DNA from: the human T2T-CHM13v2.0 reference genome, Homo sapiens
Assembly: GCF_009914755.1 (NCBI RefSeq)
Contig: NC_060925.1
DNA length: 64,000 nucleotides
Strand: one strand, 5' to 3'
Shown here: piece by piece, positions 16,516-28,170 of the stretch
Numbering within the stretch: the stretch's first letter is position 1
How the letters are laid out: each line of letters opens with the position of its first letter
Notes under the pieces: model-generated
The model's input: the letters and a program-made list of their open reading frames with translations, nothing else
What the model was told of the DNA's origin: nothing
The model's database searches: none
Position numbers and translations under genes: made by a program

Positions 16516-16574
16516 ACAAATATGTTATTTTTTATTACATCCAACATTTATTTTAGTCTACACATTTTTTGTTC

Positions 16575-17158
16575 TTGACATTGTAATAATCGGCATTCTG
16601 ACTGACATGAGATGGTATCTCATTGTGGTTTTGATTTCCATTTCTCTAATGATCAGTGATGTTGAGCTTTTTTCATGTTTGTTGGCAGCATAAATACATT
16701 CTTTTGAGAAGTCTCTATTCATATCATTTGCCCACTTTTTGATGCAGTTTTTTTTCTTGTAAATTTAAGTTCCTTGTAGATTGTGGATATTAGCCCTTTG
16801 TCAGATGGATAGATTGCAAAAATTTCCCCCCATTCTGTATGTTGCCTGTTTGCTCTGATGACGGTTTCTTTTGCTGTGCAGAGGCTCTTTAGTTTAATTA
16901 GATCCCATTTGTCAATTTTTGCTTTTTTTGCAATTGCTTTGTTTTTGTCATGAAATTTTTACCCATGCCTACGTCCTGAATGGTATTGCCTAGGTTTTCT
17001 TCTAGGGTTTTCATAGTTTTGGGTTTTACATGTAAGTCTTTAATCCATCTTGAGTTAATTTTTGTATAAGGTGTAAGGAAGGAGTTCAGTTTCAGTTTTC
17101 TGCATATGGCTAGCCAGCTCTTCCAACATCAATTATTAAATAAGGGATCCTTTCCCCG
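16575..17158 (-). mobile_element. L1PA ORF2 internal fragment
   Basis: Antisense gagatggtatctcattgtgg...gcatatggctagccag; lacks both element ends. Confidence 0.9.
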
Positions 17159-18251
17159 TCCAATGAGCCAAAAGTGAGTTAAATAGAAAGAAAACCACAT
17201 CTGTGTATATCACATGCAAATGATGAAGACTAGGAGAAAGAATCTTAAAAGTGGGCATAGAAAGTTGACACAAGACTTAAAAGAAGACCACTGGCTCAAT
17301 CTCAATAGGAACCTTAACAAAATTAGACAAAACCTAACAAGAAAAATGAAAAGTAAAACAAACAAGCAAGCTACCAACACTCATTAAAATCTAAGCTAAT
17401 GATAATACCCTCTGGAAATGATGAAGTGAGAGAGTGAGATCCTGTCACTAAAACAAATTAAAGGAAAAGAACAACTGAAAAGCATCAACAGAGTTTTAAT
17501 TCAAGTAAATATAAATTAATATTGACTGCAACAAACTAAAAATGAATAATGTTTGGTTAGGTTTATAAATATGTATCAGTAAAATATATGATACCAATAG
17601 TGCAAAGGATAGAAACATTATTTAAATTTCATTGAAATAACAGCCAGTTTCTGACAATGTTTAGCAAGTGGTAAACAATGAAATAGGTTATAGTAAGTCT
17701 ATGATTATTAATGAAAGAAGAACCAGAAAATGTCTAAATGAAATTATAATAGAGAATAAATTGATAAAATAAAAATACTAAACTATCAAAAAGACGTCAA
17801 AAAGGAAGAATAAAATATCAAAAAAATGAAGAAACAGAAAATACACAGTTTATATTGGTCAATTTAAACCTAATACATCAGATTTTCTATTAAATATAAT
17901 GGATTAGTATGCCAATGAAAGGGAAATACTGTTTAGCAGGAATTTTTTAAAAAAGAAAATCAATGAACATGTTTACAACATATACCATTGCAAAATGACA
18001 CGATGATATTGAAAGAAAAATGTGTGGAAAGATCTACAAAGGGCTCAAAAAGTGTGATTAAGCAAATTAAATGTTCTTAAGAGACAAGGATATAGAAGTG
18101 ACTTGTATTTAAGAAAAAGAAGGTAGAAAAGGTTTACTAAATGGGAAAATGACTGAATATACAGAAGAGGAGGTACACCTACATGCATTCTAGAGGCAAT
18201 AAGAGGGAATTGAATTTGATTTAGAAAACAAATGGAGTGGTTACATTAGCT

Positions 18252-18560
18252 TTGTTTTTTTGTTTTGTTTTGTTTTGTTTTGGAGACAGAGTCTCACTCT
18301 ATCTCCCAGGCTGGAGTGCAGTGGCACAATCTTGGCTGACTGCAACCTCTGTCTCCCATGTTCAAATGATTCTCATGGCCCAGCCTCCCAAGTAGCTGGG
18401 ATTACAGGCACGCACCACCATGCCTGGCTAATTTTTGTATTTTTAATAGAGATGGTGTTTCACCATGTTGGCCAGGCTGGTCTCGAACTCCTGGCCTCAG
18501 GTGATCTGCCCTCCACAGCCTCCCAAAGTGCTGAGATTACAGGCATGAGCCATTGCGCCT
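18252..18560 (-). mobile_element. Alu (J/S)
   Basis: (ttttg)n tail and antisense dimer; ttagcttt TSD. Confidence 0.93.
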
Positions 18561-18982
18561 AACCAGGTTAGCTTTTTGTCACAGCAAGAGTATTTGATTG
18601 ACTTCCATTTTTCACCATAAAACATGAGACAAGTTCATCAGTTAAACAATTAGCTGCTTTGGTGGAGGCATGAAATAGGCAAGTAATTGGGTATAACCTA
18701 AGTTGGAATTTTGCTACATGGGTGTGGCAGACAAAGAGACAATAGGGCCAGGGGATTTGGAAGTGAATACAGATCTGAATCCTGTAAGCTGGAAAATAGA
18801 GAAATAAAGATAGAAGTGAGGGTAAAATTGGCTAGAATTCTAGCTCTTAACCAACATACTACATATATTATATTGCAATAAGGATAAACATTATTTTTAT
18901 ATACATATGCAGAGTAGAACAGCATATATTGATCAAAACAAATGAGTATTTATAATTTAATATATATGTTATCGAATCTTAC

Positions 18983-19183
18983 TCATTTGCATAGCAGCAG
19001 AAATAATGCTTGGGTAAAAACTTGCCTTGAATAACATTTTGAAATAGATCCAACTGCTCTAAGTCACCTCAGACTCCTTGGGTTTAAGTGAAGAATATCA
19101 ATATTTGAAGGTTTTTTAATCTACTATAATCTGCGGGCTTTAAGTACCAAATAAGTATATATTTGCATAGATAGGTCATTACT
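18983..19183 (-). pseudogene. Candidate decayed multi-LRR exon (201 nt, phase 2-2)
   Basis: ttttaag|A...GA|gtaaga; one frame reads YLCKYILIWYLKPADYSRLKNLQILIFFT*TQGV*GDLEQLDLFQNVIQ. Confidence 0.5.
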
Positions 19184-19649
19184 CTTAAAATATATAAAAA
19201 CATTCCAGATTTTGCACTAGTCTTAAAGATTTCTAGCATTCAATAAATGTTAAATAAAGCAGCACTAAAAATACTAACATTAAAACTTATCTCCTATCAC
19301 ATTAAAATTCCATACTTGAAATCATTAACATGATGGGTTTGGCTAATTTTCTTTAACAGTCTTGATTTTAAAATAATCAAAAGTTGTGATTTTGGCCACA
19401 AATAGTTTTTCTCATTATTTATTATTCTTACATTGATTGCTTCCACGTTCAGTTGTAGTTTTTAGATTTAATATATATTTAACAGGGAAAAATTAAAGAA
19501 ATTTGGAGTTTCATCCTTTATAAAATAGTTTGAAATATTGTGCTGTATGGGAATAATAGAAGTGTGTAAATAGCTTGATAGAAATAGAAGTAAAGGTGGT
19601 AACATTTTTTACGACACAGTAGAAAATAAACCCAGAGTTTGATTGTTAT

Positions 19650-19900
19650 AATGCTGCTTAACAATGTGGCTTTAGAATCTGGTTTGTATCTAAGCTCTAG
19701 GGCATACTAATTTTATGAATTTACTAATTTACTTAATTTCTGTAAACTTTAATTTGCTAATACCTAAGTTGGAAACAATAATAGTATTCATCCCTCATAA
19801 TTGCTCTGACATTTCAACATTTCATGTAAACTTTGAAAATGCAATGCCTTATTCCTTGGAAGTGCTATACAGAAAGCGATTTTTGTTATCACTACATTAG
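19650..19900 (+). mobile_element. MIR
   Basis: gtggctttagaatc...acttaatttctgt...aataatagta...cataattg. Confidence 0.55.
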
Positions 19901-21523
19901 GATGACATGAATAAAGTTAACTCTGGGCCTTAAATACTGTCCTGGCTCAGAATACACAAAAATAGGTCATATGTTGACATTTGCTTAGAATCCATATTTA
20001 ATTAACCTATAATACATTAATTTAGTGTGTATTTACACTAGGCTTTAGCAGAATTGTTATACTGAATAAATTAAAATAACATTATCAAATTAAAAGATCT
20101 AGAAATAAAATGGGTTATTGTAAACTACAAGTTTATTGTAGTAACATTGAAAGAAAAATCTTTCATATTACCTTGTAATCTATGATATAATATTCATAAC
20201 AAACCAGTACAGACATATCCTATTTTATTATGCTTCACTTTATTGAGCTTTGCAGATACTTTGTTTTATACAATTGAAGGTTTGTGACAACGCTGTGTCA
20301 AACAATTCTACTGGCATCATTTTTCCAATAGCACGTGCTCACTTTGTATCTCTGTTTCACATTTTGGTAATTCTCTCAATAGATCAAAATTTTTATTATT
20401 TTTATATCTATTATGGTAATCTGGTGATCAGTAATCTTTGATATTACTATTATAATTGTTTTGGGGTGCCACAAATTGTGCCCGCATAGGATGGAGAACT
20501 TAATTGATAAGTGTGTGTGTACTGACAGCTCCACTAACTGACTGTTCCTCCATTTCTCTCCCTCTTCTTGGGGAAAGAGGCCTCCCTAATGCCTGAGACA
20601 CAAAAATATTAAAATTAGACCAGTTAATACCCTACAATGGGCTCTAAGTGTTCAAGTGAAAGGAAGAGTTGTATACCTCTCACTTCAAATCAAAAGCTAG
20701 AAATTATTAAACTTAGTGAAGAAGGCTAAAAAAAGCCAAGATAGACCAAAAGCTGGGTCTCCTGTGCCAAAAGGTTAGCTAAGTGTGAATGCAAAGAAAA
20801 TATTCTTGAAGAAATTAAAAGTACAACATCAGTGAACACATGAATGATAAAAGGCAAAAAGGTTTTATTGCTGATATAAACAAAGTTTGAGTGATATGGA
20901 TAGATCAAATCAGCCACATTTTCTTATGCTAATGCAGAGGAAAGCCCTAACTCTCTTTAATTCTATGAAGTCTACAAGAAAGTCAGAAGGCTGCAGAATA
21001 AAAATTTGAAGCTAACAGAGGCTGATTTATGAGGTTTAAGGAAAGAAGCCATCTTTGTAACATAAAAGTGGAAGGTGAAGCAGCAAGTGCTGATGGAGAA
21101 GCCGTATCAAGTTATCCAGATGAAATAGCTAAGATAATTGATGAAGGTGGCTACACTAAAAACAGATTTCCAATGTAAATGAAACAGCCTTCTATTTCTA
21201 TTGGAAGAAGATGCCTTTTAGGACTTTCGTAGCTAGAGAGGAGAAGCCAATGTCTGGCTTCAAAACTTCAAAAAACAGTTTGACTCTCTTGTGATCAACT
21301 AATGCAGCTGATGACTTTACGTTGAAGCCAATGCTCATGTCCAACGAACTCTTAGGGCCATTAGAATAAGAATTATGCTAAATCCACTCTGCCTGTGCTC
21401 TAAAATTGAAACAACAAAACTGGGATGTAAGAAGAACCTTAAACAAAAAGACTGTTTATAGCATGGTTTACTGCATATTATAAGCCCACTGTTGAGACCT
21501 ACTCATTAGATTTAAAAAGGAGG

Positions 21524-23405
21524 TTTTTTTGTTTGTTTGTTTACATTTTATCAAATTCAAATTTCATTAAGGATTTCAATTTACGTATTTCAAATTTCTA
21601 GAATGAAATGGAATCATAAACACTGACATCCCTTGAAACTTCAATTTTATAAAGAAAATTCTTCTGCAAACCACATCCCCATTATAGAGCAAGACTAGGT
21701 ATGATCTACACCTTCACTTTAGCAATAGCTATTTCCTAAAACAATGAAAAAGATGATTTTGCAACTTCATTAAAAATGGGATTCTATCTTTAAAGTTCAG
21801 AAAAAGCTGCATTTAGATGAACTATGGTTACAAACAACAAAAAAGGAGCAAAGAGTATCTAATCAAAGCAAAGGAAATCATTTTGAAAATAAAGAGGAAA
21901 AAGCTATTATAATTGGTTAAGGGTTTCCAGTAGTAAGTTAAAATCTCAGGAGAGGAATGGATAGCACTACAAACAATGTGTTCACATTTCAAGACCTTAA
22001 CACTAACTTCTCAAAAAGGAAGTTTTCATCACCTCTAAAAATGAATTCAATGTAATTTTATTAAGAGCAGGAAATCTAGACCTTCCTCTAATGACAATCA
22101 AATAGTCCATTCTTGCTGTTGTCAAAAAAAAAAAAAAAGTTCAACCCCAAAATTAACACTAATTAGCTGAGGTATGGTAAATGTGGCTCTACAGTCTGAA
22201 ATTTAATTGTATCTTTTGTCAAAAATAGTCTTATTTCCACGTTAGTCTCATGAGTACAATACTATAGTGCTATCACTGTAGTATTTACAACAATACAGTC
22301 ATAAAAATATCTGAAAAAAATTATTGGACCTTGCGAAACAGTGCATCCATCCACTTTGGCAAGACAACTGTATGGTTAAGAATTTCCAGTATGACTATAC
22401 CCAATAAGTGTATTAGATTGTTAATGGATTATTGTGTTATAGGTGACATAGTTAACTCTAAAGTAACCTGACTCAGTATAGTTACTGGTACCACAGTGAG
22501 GTGAATAAATCAGAATTTTCAGAAGTTAGGCTGAATTTAACTGTACTTTTACATTTAACTTCCATTAACTAAGCATCTTTTCTTTGTGGTAGAGTCTAAC
22601 TTCTGCTTCCCTGGAAAGGGTGAATTTACATCATTTGACACGCCTATTTTCAAGTTATTTGTGTTTGTTTGCTTGTTTTTGTTTCTGCAGCCAAAAATAA
22701 AAATTTCAAATACAATTTTAGTTCTTACAAGATAATTCCTTAATTTTGTACCAGTTCAGGTAGAAGCAGAGGCCTAGCTTGAAATAAGGGTTATAGTCAG
22801 TTTTTACCACATTATTGAAGAAAACAGTACCAGGTTTGGAAAAAGATACCATACTAATAAGTAGAGAAGAAGAAGAAGAAGGAAGAAGAAGAAGAAGAAG
22901 AAGAAGAAGGAGAAGGAGAAGGAGAAGGGGGGTGGGGGGAGGGGGAGGGACAGGGGAGGGGGAGGGGAGGAGGATGGGGAGAAGAGGAGGAGGAAGAAGA
23001 AAATCTTAAGTGATTTGATGCTTAAAAAGAAAAAGTTCATTTTTGGGGGGTTAGAGCTAGAGAGAAGGCCCCAAGCTTCTGTGGTTTCTTCTCATTCTTA
23101 TTGCTTAAAGTATGAGCATGTCACTTACCCATGCTTCTGTTTACTATGTATTAAAATGGGTAGTACTATTTACTTAACTACCTCATGGATATGTTAAGGC
23201 ATATTGAGTTAAATCTCATAAAATATTTCTCAATCTCGTTAAAAGCTCAAAATTTTGGTCCTATTTGTAATGCCAGTGTGACACTCAGCATTTTGTTCAC
23301 ACAATGCTTTGATAACTAAACTGGAAAACAAAGGTTAAGTACCTCTGTTCTGGATCTGAGCAGGCAGCACTCTTTTAGATCTTTGTGTGGCTTCTATTTT
23401 TATAA
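21524..23405 (-). pseudogene. HNRNPA3: 3'UTR-only processed retrocopy with 5' inversion (recalled as HNRNPA3 3'UTR)
   Basis: ~1.9 kb of non-Tigger sequence splits the Tigger1 transposase; T-rich tail at 21524-21542; parent identity is from recall and unverified. Confidence 0.65.
22864..23000 (+). repeat. (GAA)n/(GGA)n/G-rich simple repeat
   Basis: Directly visible. Confidence 0.95.
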
Positions 23406-24178
23406 AAAGATTACTTTCAAAAGGTTACTGCTCATTGACAATGCACCTGGTCACCCAGAAGCTCTGATGGAGATGTACACGGAGATTAATGTTGCTTTTC
23501 ATGCCTGTTAAAACACCATGCTTTCTGCATGTCATGAATCTATGAGTAATTTTGAATTTCAAGTCTTATTATTTGAGAAATAAATTTTGTAAGGCTATAA
23601 CGGCCATAGATAGTGGTTCCTTTAATGGATCCAGGCAAAGTAAATTGAAAACCTTCTGGAAAAGATTTGCCATTTTAGATGCCATTAAAAACATTCATGT
23701 TTACATGAGAAGGTTAAAATATCTACATAAACAAGAGTTTGGAGGAAGCTGATTCCAGCCCTCATGGATGACTTTGAAAGGTTCAAGACTTCAGTAGAGG
23801 AAGTCACTCCAGATGTGGTAGAGATAGCAAGACAACTAGAATTAGAAGTGGATCCTAAAAATGTGGCTTAATTGCAGCAATCTTATAATAAAACTGTAGC
23901 TAATGAGGAGTTGATTCTTATGGATGAACAAAGAGTTTTCTCAAGAAGGAATCTACCTCTGGTGAAGATGCTGCAAATATTGCTCAAATGACAGCAAAGG
24001 ATTTAGTATATTACATAAACTTAATGGATAAAGCAGTGGCAGGGTTAGAGAGGATTGACTCCAATTTTGAAAGAAGTTCTACTGTGGGTATAATGCTATC
24101 AAACAGCATGACAAGTTACAGGTAACTATTTTGTAAAAGGAAGAGTCAACTGATGCAGGAAACCTTATTTTTGTCTTA

Positions 24179-24328
<150 letters not shown>

Positions 24329-25064
24329 CTAACCATTGCAGCCACCACCCTCATCAGTCAGCAACCATCAACACTGAGTTAAGATCTTCCACCAGCAAAA
24401 GGATTGTGACTAGCTGAAAGTTCAAATGACTCTTAGCATTTTTTAGCAACAAAGTTATTTTTTATTAAGGTTCGTACATTGTTTTATAGACATACTGCTA
24501 TTGCACAGTTAATAGACTACAGTAGAGTATAAATTTAATTTTCATATGCACTGGGAAACCAAAAAATTTGTAGGACTTGCTTTATTGCAATATTTGTTTC
24601 ATTATGATGGTCCAGAACCAAAGCAGGAATATCTCTAAGGTAAATCTCTACATTTTGAATGTTATATTATAACATACAAAAATCCAATCTAATTAAATGT
24701 ATAGTATAATGAGCTTTTAAAAATGAATACAGTCATGTAAACACCCTCATCTTCAAGATATATACATAACATAGTCAAAGTTCCCTTATGCCCTGTAGAA
24801 TCCATCCTCTTCTTTCAATACAAGGTGCTAGCAACCAATAGCAAGTTAAGCTTTTCTTTAATGTTTATTTTTGAGATGTTTTAAAATTATACACTGTTGC
24901 AAACACAATATAGAATTGTTGCATTGCCCTCATCCAGCCTCTTCTCTTGTTAACATCTCAAATGACTGTAGAACACATATTAAAACTAAGAAAATTTAGT
25001 GGAACTTCACCAGTGTATCCATCAATATTGTCTCTTTATTTTAGGAGCTAATCTCCAAACCAAC

Positions 25065-25141
25065 TTACATGTTCTCAAAGAAGTCCCCCATGAGGCTTGA
25101 TGATTAGATGCCTCATGGGTGACTTCTTTGAGAACATGTAA
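25065..25141. repeat. Near-perfect inverted repeat (32-bp arms, 13-nt loop)
   Basis: ttacatgttctcaaagaagtcCcccatgaggc / gcctcatgggTgacttctttgagaacatgtaa; one mismatch. Confidence 0.97.
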
Positions 25142-25341
25142 TAGTTCTTCTGCTTAAATTTTTGCACAATAATTTTAGCAACTATTTCAATCTAAGTCAT
25201 GACAATTATTACTCTACATTCTAATGTTGATTTTCTATTTTTCTTATTCTTTTTCTGCACTCAAAGTTTCATTGAGAATAACATATACTTCAATTTGATT
25301 AGCTTTACCAAACTAAGAACTATCTCATTTTATATGCTTAC

Positions 25342-25642
25342 ACAATTTCTCATTTAACTTTATAATGGATGCAGGTGATTAGAGTATAAAACTCCAATGA
25401 ATTCAAAACTCTAAATTCAGATCAGCTCAATCTTTTGCAAATAGGTGAGTGGAATAATCTGTCATATTGTTGTCAATACTGTCAATCTTTCATGTTGCTT
25501 AAGGGGGTAGGAATTAATATTTTACAAGTCCTAATTTTTGCTAATTATTTACAAAACTAAAAGTTTACCTCATTCATTTAATGCACATGCATTTTAAATG
25601 CCACACATTTACAGGCTTTACAAATTTTTCCTCCACTTAATT
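25342..25642 (-). pseudogene. Candidate LRR N-cap exon (25642-25569) and LRR exon (ending 25342)
   Basis: ICKACKCVAFKM followed by a shifted TGT, donor gag|gtaaac; RLS*SEFRVLNSLEF, donor tgt|gtaagc. Confidence 0.4.
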
Positions 25643-25769
25643 CTCAAAAGTAAAAATTTATGCATAAAAAGTGAGGCTTACACATATACAAGGAGCGAAA
25701 CATGGAGTAAGAAACATGTCTTCTCAGTGACATTTAATAATTGTTAAAATATCTCTTAGATTTCCAGAC

Positions 25770-26470
25770 TGCAGTGCAATTTGGTTACAAACTACCCTGA
25801 TTTAGTGAAAACCCTACAAGTTAAGGACACAATCCCCAACAAACTGTCCTTATTTCAGATGCAACCACAAGTTTGAGAGTCCCTAGGCCATGCATTTTTC
25901 CAACCAACTGGCTATGAATTCAGAGATTCCCACAACCCCGTCATGTTCAATGATTTGCTACAATAGCTGAGAAAACTCAGACAACTGTCATGTACTCATG
26001 ATTATAGTTATATTTTAAAATATACAAATCAGAATTAGTTAAATGAAGAGACACAGAGAATGAGGTCTAAGAAGGTCTGGAATTCAGAGCTCCCAGGTCC
26101 GCTCCCCATGGAATCAAGATGTGTCACCATCTAAACATATGCATGTGTTCAATCAGGAGGCACACCTCAGCTATGTGTCTGGAGGTTTTATTGGACAAAT
26201 ATTGACCTAATTGAAACATTGGGCATGTGACCGAATTCAATCTCCAGCTCCGCTCTTCTCTCTGGAGAAATTTGAGGTGATACCACCTGGCTCACACATG
26301 GTCTTTCTGGTAAGACCAGGCTTCATCCTGAGGGATCTCATAAGCATAAATGTAGGTGCAGTGGAAAATAGCACCATAAATAACAAAGACACTCCTATCA
26401 CTTAGAAGATTTTATGCATTTCCTACCTGGAAACCTGGGAAAAAACAGTCAATTTTCTTAATATATGATA
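25770..26470 (-). mobile_element. MER21-like ERV LTR
   Basis: ttagtgaaaaccctacaagttaaggacacaatcccc...aataacaaagacactcctatcact. Confidence 0.7.
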
Positions 26471-26639
26471 TTAGCAGAAGTTAGCTAAATATATGAGAGA
26501 AGGCTCTGAAAAGCAAGTACACAAAAATAATGTTGAGATGTGTCACCATGAAGATTAGGAGGCTACTGCCAAACAGGTAATTTACCATTTGTATATTGTA
26601 GATGGAGAAAGAAGTAGGGAATCATAAAAATTATAGATC

Positions 26640-28170
26640 CTCTTTTTATTTCTGTTGTGATGTAAGAAGCTTGGAAGTTGCCACTTCATCCTAAGAAAGG
26701 GTGAAAAGCTAAACAACCTGAAAAATTAACAACTCTTCTTAATAAAAGAAGTGAGATCACAGGGCAAACCACTACCTCCCAAACTGGAGAAACCAACACC
26801 CAAATACAAATAATCACAATTTACTACAGCAGGAACCGACAAGTGACAACCTCTGTTGGAACCAGTGCCAGGTAATAAAACCTGAACTGTAACTGACAAA
26901 TTGCTGGAGACTCAGTGTGGAAAACTCAGAGTTAAAATTCCAGCGGGGATCACTCATAGTGGGGCTCCCACAGTTTTATGAGTTTTACCTCCAGTAACTC
27001 TGCAAGGTACTTATAATGACTACTAGAGAAAAATTGCGATGTTCTTCCACCAAAAAAAAAAAAAAAAAAAAAAGAGGGTAAAGGAAATATTTTGAAATAT
27101 GCCAGAGAAGTGTCTTGTTCTTAACAGGGTCTGCCCTCAGTAAAAACATGTTAACTAGAGCTTAAAGTGCTGGTGTTTTATCAGAGACTAACTGACCTGG
27201 GGAAAGGAAATACTCAACTCCAATTAGATATAGTATTTCACACGGAGGAATAAAAATACCCAATTCAAATTCCCTCTAATCTTTCAAGTAGCAGAAGGGA
27301 AATACCCCAATGCAGCCCACTGTAGATACCTTGTCTTACAAGAGGAAAGAAGGTGACTGAGGAGCACATGCAAAATGTACATTCTAGAGGTACAAGCTCA
27401 GTACATTACTGAGACCTAATCATAAAACTACAGAATGCAAACCCTCCCCCTACATCTTGCCACCTCCCTTCTAATGGCATATTTCTATAGTTTCTTTTAT
27501 TCAGTACATCATGTACAATTCTCAAGAAAAAATTATAAGACATACTAAAAGGCAAATAAGACAGTTTGAAAAGAAAGAGCAAGCATCAAACCAGAATCAG
27601 ATATGGGAAGTATGTTGGAATTACCAGACTGAGAATATAAAACAACTATAGCTAATATTGCTAATAGTCCTAATGGATAAATAGACAAGAATTAAGAATA
27701 GAAGGACAATGTAATCAGAGACAAAATAATTCTAAGAATTATTTTAAATGCTAGAGTTACAATGCACTGCCACAGAAGTGAAGAATGTCTTTCATGGTCT
27801 AATTCGTAGACTGGATAGGGATAAGAAAAGAATATCTGACCTGAGCTTGAGAATATTACAATAAAAACCTCCAGAACTGAAAAAGAGAAGAAAAAAAGGA
27901 ATAGAATATCCAAGTACTGTGGGACATATGTTTAACATATGTGTAATGGAAACACCACAGGAGAAGAAAGAGAGAAAAAAAAAAACAGAAAAAATATTCG
28001 AAGCAATAAGGACCAAGAATTTCTGTAAATTAATGTCAGGCACAAAACCAGAGACCTAGAAAGCTCAGAGGACACCAAGAAAGACTAATAACAGAAAAAA
28101 TATTCCTACACATATTATTTCTACATTACAGAAAAGCAAAAATAAAGAAAAAATTTAAAAACGTCAACAG
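26640..28170 (+). mobile_element. Old L1M 5'UTR/ORF1
   Basis: gttggaattaccagac, aagctcagaggacaccaag and other ORF1-like motifs. Confidence 0.75.

Noticed and set aside
18260-18562. 100-aa ORF (also 46529-46783 and 42437-42751)
   Set aside because: These are typical Alu-derived translations.
22804-23040. Poly-Arg/Gly and poly-Phe/Pro ORFs
   Set aside because: They are translations of the (GAA)/(GGA) microsatellite.
20640-24150. Domesticated Tigger transposase (TIGD-like)
   Set aside because: It has many stops and frameshifts and is split by a 1.9-kb insertion.
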